Below, in pieces: positions 53,040 through 64,000 of a DNA stretch of 64,000 nucleotides. Origin of the DNA: Lytechinus pictus (lineage: Eukaryota); NCBI RefSeq assembly GCF_037042905.1, contig NC_087245.1:30320001-30384000 (forward strand), written 5' to 3'. Both the position numbers and the translations under genes were made by a program. How positions within the stretch are numbered: position 1 is the first letter of the stretch; every line of letters starts with the position of its first letter. Below the pieces are notes generated by a model. That model did not search any database. It was given only the letters and a program-made list of their open reading frames with translations, and had not been told where the DNA came from.

Positions 53040-54006
53040 TAATAATAGTAATCAGAATGGTATTTATTTGAAATATCAAAACCAGCAATTATGAATAACA
53101 TTCCCAACGGAATTCAAGGTAAATGATCAAACAATCGATCACATTATCACGATGGTAGACAGTTAAATTGAGCTATGAAAAGTGCGTCTGAAATCGTGTT
53201 CATGGATATTAGGAAGCAAAGTGACAATCAAACGCTCCTGTGTTTACAACAAATTTGAAGACAACGATGAAATCTTTATACTCTGCCATCAGGGGGGGGG
53301 GGGCACCAGGGTGATATGAAGGGGATCGAGGGTGAGACGACCCAAAGACGTGTATTTTGTCTATTAAGTAACAGGAGTAAAATATTTGCACAGATATCTT
53401 TCTTTCTCAACATGTTCGATATGCTACTTTCTTCTTTCTTGCCATTTCTTTAGGGGTGATCTCTCCCTCAGTCTGCCTATAGCGGTTCAAAATCATCAGA
53501 ACAAAAATCACATTGTTTAATATACGTTCAAATCTATATAAAGAATAAGCTCCATGTGTAAATTAATAAAGAGTCTGAAACGAAAATAAAGAAAACAAAA
53601 AAGGAAAATCCCTTTTGGTATCAGACGATATAGAAATCTCTATCCTAAACGTGTTATTCACAATTTCCATATTGGCTAATCAAACTTCATTCAGGAAGTT
53701 CCAAAATATTCCATGCTAAAAATTTTATCTTAATTTCCAAGATCATATTCCTTATCGTCAATCAAGAAAATTACAAACCGTTGCTGACCCTTCCTAAGAT
53801 TGGTTCTCATCTTTTCATATCCCGATGTGGCAGCAGCAGCTGTAAATCGAAGTTTTATATCCAGTTCTTAAGATTTTAAACCCTTCGGCAATGTTAAATA
53901 TTCCCATGATGTTTAGAACGTTTGAATCCTAAAAAAACTAAACTTGACCTCTTCGATAGATACACGTTTAAAGGGACTATCCATAACATATATGCTATAA
54001 CCACAC

Positions 54007-55752
54007 CACTGGCGTAAATCCGTGTTGAGGGGTGGGGGGGGGATGACTGAAATATTTTGGCTTTTTTTTTTGTTATCATGTTTTTAGATATGCAAGGAAT
54101 TGTAAATGATATGTCCACAGTGGCATACCGTGGGTCACGGCATTGTGGGGGCACCAGCAAAATTTTCGAATCACTGAGTGAGCGCGCGAAGCGCGCTCGG
54201 TTGCTAGTTATTCTGACCTAATAGAGACATTTTAAGGACAATGTCATTGAACGGATATGTATCTCACTGATCAAATAGTGCGAGCGCGAAGCGCGAGCTG
54301 AATTTTTTATATTCACACCTAAGAAGGGACATTATAATCAAATTTGTGTAATCATGATAGGTACCTGTCTCGCTAAACAATGCGAGTGCGAAGCGCGAGC
54401 TGAAATTTTCGTATATTTTGACCCCAAACAGCGAGATTTTAAGGAATATATTTTAGGAATCCATTAAGAGTATGCATATCTCACCATAGTCATCTAATGC
54501 AAGTGCCAAGCGCTTGCTGATTTTATTAGAATTACATCTGAACACATGAAACACTTTTTGTACTCATTGCAATCATGATTATCATACGCATCTCACTAAT
54601 CAAATATTGCGAGCGTGAAGCGCGAGCTGAAAATTTAGATAATTTAGATAATTAAGACCTGAAGTGGGGCATTCTAAGGTTTCTTTGTAGGAATTAACTA
54701 GGACCATACGTATTTCATTAACCAAATGATGCGAGCGCGAAGCGCGAGCTGAAAACTTTTGATATTCAGATCAGAAGAAGGGACATTTCAAGGACTGATT
54801 TTAGGAATTCATGAAGAGCAGACATATCTCACCAATCCACTAATGCGAACGTAATCACGGAAGGAAATGTTTTTATATATACGAAGACCTTAACATTGGG
54901 CAATCACCTTTTTAATCATGTAAAAGAAGCTCATGTCACTACATAAAACAATGATAACTCAAGTGCTAGGAAATATATTTAGTTTATATTGACTTGAAAA
55001 CGGGATGTTTTAGTACAACATGATTATATATCTCGTTGAACAGACAATGCGAGCACCAGGAACTATGAAGACGTAGGCCCTGGGCAAATTATGTTTCATG
55101 AAGTTATGATAAAAATATTTCTTATGTAATGTAGCATAACATAATTATAATACAACATTATAATGAATAATATTTTCTTCTTTCCCACTACGTTTCTCTT
55201 CCTTTCTCCCTCTTTTCTATTTTTCCCCATTTCCCCGTTTTTGTTTTGGTCAGCCGATGGGGGGGGGGGGGGAGCATGTGCCCCCCATGCCCCCCCCCCC
55301 CCCCCCCGTAGTTACGCCACTGTATGTCCATATGGCAAATACCCCTCCAATATTATTATCTTTTTACCCCATGATGGTTTAATTGTTTTATTAGAGATTA
55401 CATTGAAAAAATTTGACATTCCATCTTAATCCCTTCCCAAAGACCCCAACATTGATGAATTGGAAGAAACGGGGATTTCTCTTCAATGTTATAATAAGGA
55501 CATAAGTATTTCGTTTGGAAATGGTGAACTGGCTCTTTATTTGCATGTTATGATTCAATAATATTGTTTTATTTGTTAAGCGGTATTTTAGGAAGAATTT
55601 TCACCAATAAAACAATTATCTCTTGTGATTTTTTTTTTATTTCTTTCGTAAAAAGTGGGGGGGGGATGTTTGTACAGGCCATCCCCCCCTCCTCGAAAAG
55701 TGGGGGGGGGATATATCCCCCCCATCCCCCCCCCCCGGGATTTACGCCAGTG
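54007..55752. mobile_element. hAT-like non-autonomous element (outer)
   Basis: TIR CACTGGCGTAAATCC...GGATTTACGCCAGTG; perfect 8-bp TSD AACCACAC. Confidence 0.9.
54118..55322. mobile_element. hAT-like non-autonomous element (inner) with about 110-bp internal tandem units
   Basis: CAGTGGCATACC...GTTACGCCACTG; perfect 8-bp TSD TATGTCCA; recurring GCGAGCGCGAAGCGCGAGCTG. Confidence 0.92.
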
Positions 55753-56869
55753 AACCACACGAAGGAAACCGATTCCCTGCTGTAAGGAACGCTTTAAATG
55801 TGCTCCATGAGGGTAATTATGTGTCCAACCATGGAACTACAACAAGTAGTAGGCCCATGGTCCAACCAACATTGGGCATTCTTTGGGGCATTTTTACTTA
55901 TCCAGTGTGATGAAAATTTTCCCATTCTAAAGTAATTGCTGCTTATTTTTTAACCTTGCTGAACAATACGCTTCCCACATCGGGTAAAATACTGCCCCAA
56001 ATTGGTTGGACACACAACTTCCCTCATGGTGGTAAAAATCACAGTCATGGTCAACTGTGTTTATATGTGATTCACACTGTTGAAATGTTCACATTTAACA
56101 CTGTGGAGGTGATCTGACATTTGTATTCCACACTGTGATTGCACTGTGGCACACACTGTGGACACTGTGTTCTTTCCAGTTTCGTTGGTGTGACCGTAGC
56201 ATATTGCCTCAGTCACACAAATAAAACCGAGTCCAGTCAAATCAAAGCTATATTATGTTATTTCAATTGGCATATCATCGACCAGTTTGGATCAAATTTG
56301 ATCGTGTGACTGAGCAGTTGAATCTAAAGGAAGACCGAACATGACTGGTGTTTCTACCTCGTGTATATTATTCATGCAAGTATCATCTGAGTCAAGGATG
56401 CCATATTTATCTTGAATTACTTCTGCATTTACCGATAGGAAGCTTTCTTTGTGCATTTAAATACATATTCAAGCACAAGAATGTATATGTACCGTAATAG
56501 TCCTATCATTCACACTCGACCAAGGAATTGTATAATTTTCTTGTATTTTGTACAATTTCTCATATTTCTTTTTACCTGAATAAGTATTTGCGGTCAGTTC
56601 ACAATAACCGATATAGTAGTTCCCTTTTAGATTGTCTGCTAAGATGAGCATAAATACATTCAAGAATTCCCTTTTTCGCTTTTGTGAAATAATTCCTGAA
56701 CCTCGGCAGGGAAGGTAATCTTCATATTTTGTAAAGATCTCTTCTTTCTTAATTATTGTCTCTTTCTTTTCACGTAATTTTTCGTTGTTACCTAATCTAT
56801 ACTAATTAATTTGTTCTCTTAAGAATTCCTATACAAGCCTGGCTTTCCTCCAAACTTCACTTCACCAAG

Positions 56870-59800
56870 TAGTCCGGGTTATAACTGAGCAAGGTGCCAC
56901 TTGGAGAAGGAGAAATTTTCATATAGTGCCTCTAGACCAGTTTTTTACGCTGAATATGAATATATGAGGTAAACAGGCTGTATCCTGAAAATTAACCTGT
57001 GAGTGCGCTTTTTTCAAAATGGCCGCCATATTTTCTGAGAATTTGAATTTTCGTACATAGATTTTGACATAAGCATTTAATTGCCATAAAATTAGTGTCA
57101 TATGAAAGCCAAATAAATTCCCTACAATTTGGTACTATTTATAGGGGATAAGTAGGTCATTTGGCTGAGATTTTAAGTAGAAAACTGCATTTTTTGTATT
57201 TTTTTCCCAAAAATTGAAAATTTTACAAATACATGATTTTACATAATTCTATGAAAAATTTATTAATTACCTTGAAATGTTCCTGAAAACTTTATTGATA
57301 TACTATTATCATGTGGATGAAATTCCAACTCTGTATCATTCTTTTTAGCAAATTTATAAGGTATCAAACTTGAATACTTCAATTTCAGAAATGTCGCTTT
57401 TTGTTTGCATTTCCATAGATTAATACGTATAACATGTATGATACATGTATGTATGATGTATAGTTAAAACTTAAATGCAATTATCTCCACTAGTTAATCA
57501 CTTGCAGAGTTAAGAGAAGGCTTTAATTCTCTATCAGCTACATAAAACAAAATTTTGGCACATCGAAGCCTAACATTTTCAGGGGGTGGGGTGTCGAAGT
57601 CCTCCCCCCCCCCCCCCCCGTTGCTATATCATGTTGTTGTATATTGCCTATTTGTTAGTAAAATAAGGTTTTTTGGAGCACCCATTGAGGCAAAAGGCAT
57701 TTCTGTTATACAGTACATCCACTTTAATTGCTTTGAAACCACTTGGCGAGGAAAAGAATAGACTTTTTTCTACCAGCTAAATCTAAAGAAGTGGCACATC
57801 GAAGCCTACCCCTCTCGGGGAGGGGGAGCTTTTGCTTAATATTGCCAATTTATTTGAAAATTCACAACATTGAGGCCAAAAAGCGTTTGTGCTTTGTTGT
57901 ACACCCCATTTTATTGATTTGAGACCACTTAGAGAGGAAAGAGTAGGGTAGAGTAGAGTTTACCAGCTACATATTAATAAGCGCTGGCACGTCGAACCCT
58001 AGCCCTCTCAGGGGCTGTCTAAGTCAACCCCCCCTCCTCTATATCATGTATATTGCCTATTTTATTGGATATTTCACCATTTTGGATCACCCATTGAGGC
58101 AAAAGCGCGTTTCTACTATATAGTACAGCCAATTTTATTTTCTTGCAATGACTCAGAGAAGAAAGAGTAGGCTTTGCTCTATCAGCTGTAAAGAAGTGTT
58201 GGCAAATCAAAGCCTAGCTATCCCCTTCAGAATGTTCGGGGGCTGTAGAATTTACCTCACCAATTTTCGGTATTTGACTATCTATTGGACATTCACAATT
58301 TTGGATCACTCATTAAAGCAAAAGGGCGTTTCTACTATTATAGTACAGCAAATTCTATTTTCTTGCAATGACTTGGAGAGCAAAGAGTAGGCTTTGCTCT
58401 ATTAGCTCCATATAAAGAAGTGTTGGCAAATTGAAGCCTATCTCATTCAGGCGGCTGTAAAAGTTACCCCACTAATTTTTGGTATTTGGCTACTTGTTGA
58501 AAATTCACCATTTTGGAGCCCCCATTGAAGCAAAAAGGCGTCTCTGATATATAGTTCTGCCACTTTTATTGCCTTGAAACCGCTTAGAGAGGAAAGAATG
58601 GGCTTTGCTTTATCAGCTATAAAGATGTGCTGGCAAATAAAAGCCTACCCCCTTCTGGGGTCTGTCGAAATCACCCCCTCCCCCTTTGCATTATTGCCTA
58701 TTTATTGGAAAATTCACAATTTTTGAGCCCCCATTGAGGTAAAAAGGCAACTCTGATATATAGTTCTGCCACTTTTACTGCCTTGAAACCAATTAAGGAG
58801 GACAGAATATGCTTTAATTGCTCTATCAGCTACCTATAAAGAAGTACTGGCACATTGAAGCTTACCCATCTGGGTGGCTGTCAAACCATCCCACCCCTTT
58901 TGAATTATTGCCTAATTAATTGAAAATTCACAATTTCTGAGCCCCGTTGAGGCAATATGCACTTCTGCTGTATAAACACCTGATTTCATTTTCTTGAAAC
59001 CATTTGGAGAGGAAGAGTTTAGAGAGTAGATTCCCCTCTTTCAGCTATATATGTCGAATTGCTGCCATATCAAAGCCTGACCCACTTCAGGGGACTATAG
59101 ATGTTACCCCACTTTTTTTACGATTTTTTGCCAATTCATTGTAAAACTTGCCATTTTGGAGCCCCCATTGAGGCAAAAAAGGTGTTTCTGGTATATAGTA
59201 GATCCACTTCTTTATATTATATAGCTGATAGAGGAAAGCCTACTCTTTTGCATAAATGGGGGCTCCAAAATGGTGAATTTTCCAATAAATAGGCGATAAT
59301 GAAAAAGGGATTGGATGATCTCAACAGCCACCCGGAGGGGGTAGGCTTTTATTTGCCAGCACTTTATATTTGGCTGATAAAGCAAAACCTATTCTTTCCT
59401 CCCTAAGAAGTGGTTTCAAGGCAGTAAAAGTGGAAGAACTATAAATCAGAAACGCCTTTTTGCCTAAATGGGGGCTTCAAAATTGTGATTTTTTTCAATA
59501 AATATGCAATAATGCAAAAGGCATGGGGTGATTTCAACTGCATCCCGGAGGGGTAGGCTTTTATTTGCCAGCACTTGTTTGTATAGCAAAGCCTACGCTT
59601 TCCTATCCAAGTCATTGCAAGAAAATAAAATTGGCTGTACTATATAGTAGAAATGCCCTTTTGCCTCAATTGGTGATTTAAAATGGTGTAATTTCCAATA
59701 CACAGGCAATAAACATAATATAGAGGTGGAGAGGTTGACTAAGACAGCCCCTGAGAGGGCTAGGTTTCGATGTGCAAGCGCTTCTTAATAATGTGTAGCT

Positions 59801-61078
59801 GATATACCAAATTGGCTGTATGATATATAGTAGAAATGCCCTTATGCCTCAATCATGTCAATGGGTGATCCAAAATAGTGAAATTGCCTATAAATAGGCA
59901 TTATACATGATATGGAGGAAGTGGGTGGGGTGACTTAGACAGCACCTGAGAGGGCTAGCGTTCGATGTGCTGCGCTTATTTATGTAGCTTGTAGAACAAA
60001 CTCTACTCTTTCAAATCAATAAAATAAATGATAAAGCACAAACGCTTTTTTGCCTCAAAATTGGGTCCAAAATGGTGAATTTCCAAATAAATTAGCAATA
60101 AGCAAAAGGGGAGGGGTGACTTCCACAGCCCCCCCCCCCCCGAGAGGGGTAGGCTTCGATGTGCCACTTCTTTAGATTTAGCTGGTAGAAAAAAGCCTAC
60201 TCTTTCCTCGCCAAGTGGTTTCAAAGCAATTAAAGTGGATGTACTGTATAACAGAAATTTGCCTTTTGCCTCAATGGGTGCTCCAAAAAACAGTTAGTTT
60301 TCTAACAAATAGGCAATATACAACAACATGATATAGCAACGGGGGGGGGGGGGGGGGAGGACTTCGACACCCCCACCCCCTGAAAATGTTTTATGTAGCT
60401 GATAGAGAAAAGCCTACTCCTGACTCTGCAAGTGATTAACTAGTGGAGATAATAGCATTTAAGTTTTAACTATACATTATACATACATGTATTATACATA
60501 AATGTATTATACATGTTATACGTATTAATCTATGGAAATGCATACAAAAAGCGACATTTCTGAAATTGAAGTATTCAAGTTTGATACCTTATAAATTTGC
60601 TAAAAAGAATGATACAGAGTTGGAATTTCATCCACATAATAATAGTATATCAATAAAGTTTTCAGGAACATTTCAAGGTAATTAATAAATTTTTCATAGA
60701 ATTATGTAAAATCATGTATTTGTAAAATTTTTAATTTTTGGGAAAAAAATACAAAAAATGCAGTTTTCTACTTAAAATCTCAGCCAAATGACCAACTTAT
60801 CCCCTATAAATAGTACCAAATTGTAGGGAATTTATTTGGCTTTCATATGACACTAATTTTATGGCAATTGAATGCTTATGTCAAAATCTATGTACGAAAA
60901 TTCAAATTCTCGGAAAATATGGCGGCCATTTTGAAAAAAGCGCCCTCACAGGTTAATTTTCAGGATACAGCCTGTTTACCTCATATATTCATATTCAGCG
61001 TAAAAAACTGGTCTAGAGGCACTATATGAAAATTTCTCCTTCTCCAAGTGGCACCTTGCTCAGTTATAACCCGGACTA
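56870..61078. mobile_element. Academ-like non-autonomous foldback transposon, 4209 bp
   Basis: TAG...CTA termini, 3-bp TSD AAG, about 640-bp near-perfect TIRs (mirror ORFs 56919-57101 and 60847-61029 differ by one residue), internal inverted arrays of about 210 bp. Confidence 0.88.
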
Positions 61079-61443
61079 AAGCTAAATTAAATATTTTTGC
61101 TGTTTCGTAAATACATTATGCAATAGAATGGTGATATGGATCCTTATCAAATGATTGGCTGAACGTGACCATTGGCTGAACGTGACCATTCAACTGACCA
61201 TTCATTTATATAGCTAACTGATATCTGGTACTGATGACTAGTTTTATTGACCAATCAGGACTTTGAGGCGAGGATGGTTAGTTAGATAAGAGGATTTCAA
61301 ATTTCTATCTTATAAACATGTAATACACGTCATTTTGCTCGGGCATTAGAAATGATAATACTCGCTTTTGCTCTGAAACTGTCCTCTCGGGCGTGTTAGA
61401 ACTGTTACAAAAGTACTTTCGTGCGTATAATTCTTACTCTTAA

Positions 61444-62036
61444 AGGGGAATCCAGCCCTGGCCATGCAATGTTGTGTTGGGAAAGAGAAAAATAAATTAA
61501 AGAGAATGGTGAAAGTTTGAAAGAAATCGGACAAGCAATAAGAAAATTATAGCTGTTATAAAATTGAGATCACCAATACTATGTAGATTTCAAATTGTCA
61601 ATTGGATAAGTATATTATGAAAAGGGGTAAGGACAACTTTCCCATAGGCCATGTACTTTATTATCAGGGATTTGTGGTTTTCTCCTAAGTACCCATTCCC
61701 CTGGAGCAGTAATCTAAATATAACCCAGGTAGTATATTGTTTTATGTCCTCATGAAAGAAAAATATAATTTAAAATAAAACTTTTGGAAAATGACATTTT
61801 AGCCATAATATGTATTGGAGTACATGGAAGAGTAGTCCTCGCCTTACATTACTATGACATCACATATGCGGCCAATTTGAAGTCTCCATGGGTATAGTGA
61901 TTACCAATATTTACAACTTTTAAAATTTCATAACTTTCTTGTTGTTTGTCCAATATTAGTCAAACTTTCACCTATCAATTTGTCTGATTTTTCTTTTCCT
62001 TACAAAAACAAGTTTTTATTTGGGTTGGATTCCCCT
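61444..62036. mobile_element. Kolobok-like MITE
   Basis: TTAA/AGGGGAATCCAGCCC...GGGTTGGATTCCCCT/TTAA. Confidence 0.85.
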
Positions 62037-62979
62037 TTAACCTTGATTATGTGTATCAGTATATACTATTGTTGAAAATATAGTATAATACTGTGAGGTG
62101 AAATGAATGTAAAAAGTGAGAGTATATATAAAATAAATCTTATCAAATCAATAGTTGGCTGTTGAATCGTTATGTGCACGATTGGATTCAATACCTGGTA
62201 CATGGAATCACACCAGCCATTTCACTCCGATGTTAAGTTTACACCAATAAATAACACCGAAATAGATAAATAAGTAAATGAATAAATTAATAAAAATATG
62301 AACTAATAAATTAATAAATAAAATCAGAGAGGTCCGTTCGGCTTACCGTATTGCAGTCCGTCGATCATAAAATCACGCGCAAATTACGATCAGCTGTAAA
62401 GGGCTTTGGAAAGTGTGATTGGAAATATTCATTGCTCCCTCGCTGCCAAATGAAGAGACAATCAATTACACTGGGTATATCAGGTCAACCGACTGTGAAT
62501 AATCAAGTCTCTGCAATGAGTACCCCAAGCATGATAAATTGGAGAAGGGAGAATCAAGCCAGTGGCAAATATTACTGATTTTTTACAGTCCACGTGTTGG
62601 ATCAATATTAATAAAAACATAGTAGAAAGTCTTCTGCTCATTCCAACATATACTGATCTGATCATGCTGATGTCCGCAAATTTTCGAAGATCCCATATAT
62701 ACCGTCTTTATCAAGTGAGTGAGTCACTTGATAAAGACGGTATGGGATCGTGGAAAATGTGTGGACATCAAATCGAATAAAGTATGTTAGAATAGGTATG
62801 AAAGTTTCTACCTTGTTTAAATAAAGAATCTTTTCTGTGTCGGTTCTGGTTGAAAATAATTATGAAAGACAAATGTGAATATAGATTAGTAAAAATTAAT
62901 TTCGATTTTTCGGGTTTGGCCCTTTTATGTACACGGACGGATATAGTTATGTAACGGTATAGTTAACAAACTTATTTAA

Positions 62980-63372
62980 AGAGAAATGCCAGTAGTTGCA
63001 GTAAACACTGATTTCATGTGAAAGTCTGTAAACCAGGCTTAATTGTCAGTATATCATCGAGGATCTAGATCTGGTACAGTTACATAAACTGAACTTTGTG
63101 AAATCATAAAATCTAAGCTGAAATACGATCACACTGAAGATCGCCAACACAGATAGGCACACGTGGGACAGTGTATTATTATTGCTGGAATAAAGACCCG
63201 ACGGAAGTGACCGAATCCGCGCTTATTTTGCTTATTTCTCAGCAATTACACAATTTCTTCCAGAATCCTTTGGCACATATTTTTTATTCATACAAACAGA
63301 CACTTGGGTGGTCATTATATTAGATTCTGTAAAAATTCATTTTGAGATCGTTACCAGAACTGGAATTTACCT
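62980..63372. mobile_element. Kolobok-like MITE, second family
   Basis: TTAA/AGAGAAATGCCAGT...ACTGGAATTTACCT/TTAA. Confidence 0.75.
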
Positions 63373-64000
63373 TTAAATAACATACACATTTAAATCGTGA
63401 AAAATCGTTAATACAATATATTATAGACCTACATTGTAGATTAAGTATCACATGATATGGAATTATGAAGGACGAAATGAATTGCGTTTCCGAACTTGAA
63501 AATGTAATTCATTGATTCAGTGAAAGGAAAAAGTAATAGAACTAAAGGATAAACCATCTCCCTCCTTGAAACATGTCGCATACCCCAGCTAGCCTCCATC
63601 TCCCCGCCTCCATCTTTCCTCTATAGCCTCCCACCATCTTAGAGGAAAAAAAATGAACGTTTAAGTTCTTGCCCATATACTGCATTGTGAAAACCGGGGT
63701 GTTAAAACTCTTAACAGTGGGTTCCCTAGAGGACCACTCCCTCAGGTGTTAGAGTCACCCCCACAAGGAATGGAGCGTTGCAAGAACATGCAAGCTATTA
63801 CAAGTCAAATTTGAGGTCCAAAAATCATGTTTTGAGGATAGTGGTCTGCTTTTTGAAACAAGAAGTTCAAATTGATTTTTTTTCCAGTTAATATTAATAT
63901 ATCAATTATTTGCAACAGAGATTTTCGATTGGTTGCAAATGATTATTGCAACACCCTATTAGTCTATTTTGCAAAGTCCAAACTGGAGATGGATATCGAA

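Noticed and set aside
56919..61029. Duplicated 60-aa gene on opposite strands
   Set aside because: Mirror images within the TIRs of the foldback element

Overview
AT-rich, repeat-dense eukaryotic (metazoan) DNA. The repeat types suggest an echinoderm such as a sea urchin, but that is inference. There is one clear host gene, on the minus strand: a class-B-like 7TM receptor of the Methuselah/adhesion-like type. It has an N-terminal somatomedin-B domain and no visible GPS motif. Its coding exons are 24857-22345, 21640-21468 and 18272-18050 (at least 969 aa), and its 5' end is unresolved. Almost everything else is transposon-derived: a 5'-truncated CR1/L2-group LINE with three nonsense codons, L1/Tx1 fragments, tRNA-derived SINEs with a Deu/Nin-like core, a 1.66-kb solo LTR, a 4.2-kb Academ-like foldback, a Helentron/DINE-like element, and hAT-, Harbinger-, Kolobok-, Tc1- and EnSpm-like MITEs, many nested. 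There are also tandem arrays. The least easily classified object is a 5.25-kb segment (6453-11699). It is bounded by a perfect 8-bp direct repeat but has no real TIRs, and it carries subterminal inverted motifs and apparent non-coding exons. I saw no CRISPR array, rRNA or intact tRNA. Superfamily assignments rest on terminal sequences and target-site duplications (TSDs) read by eye, not on database searches.
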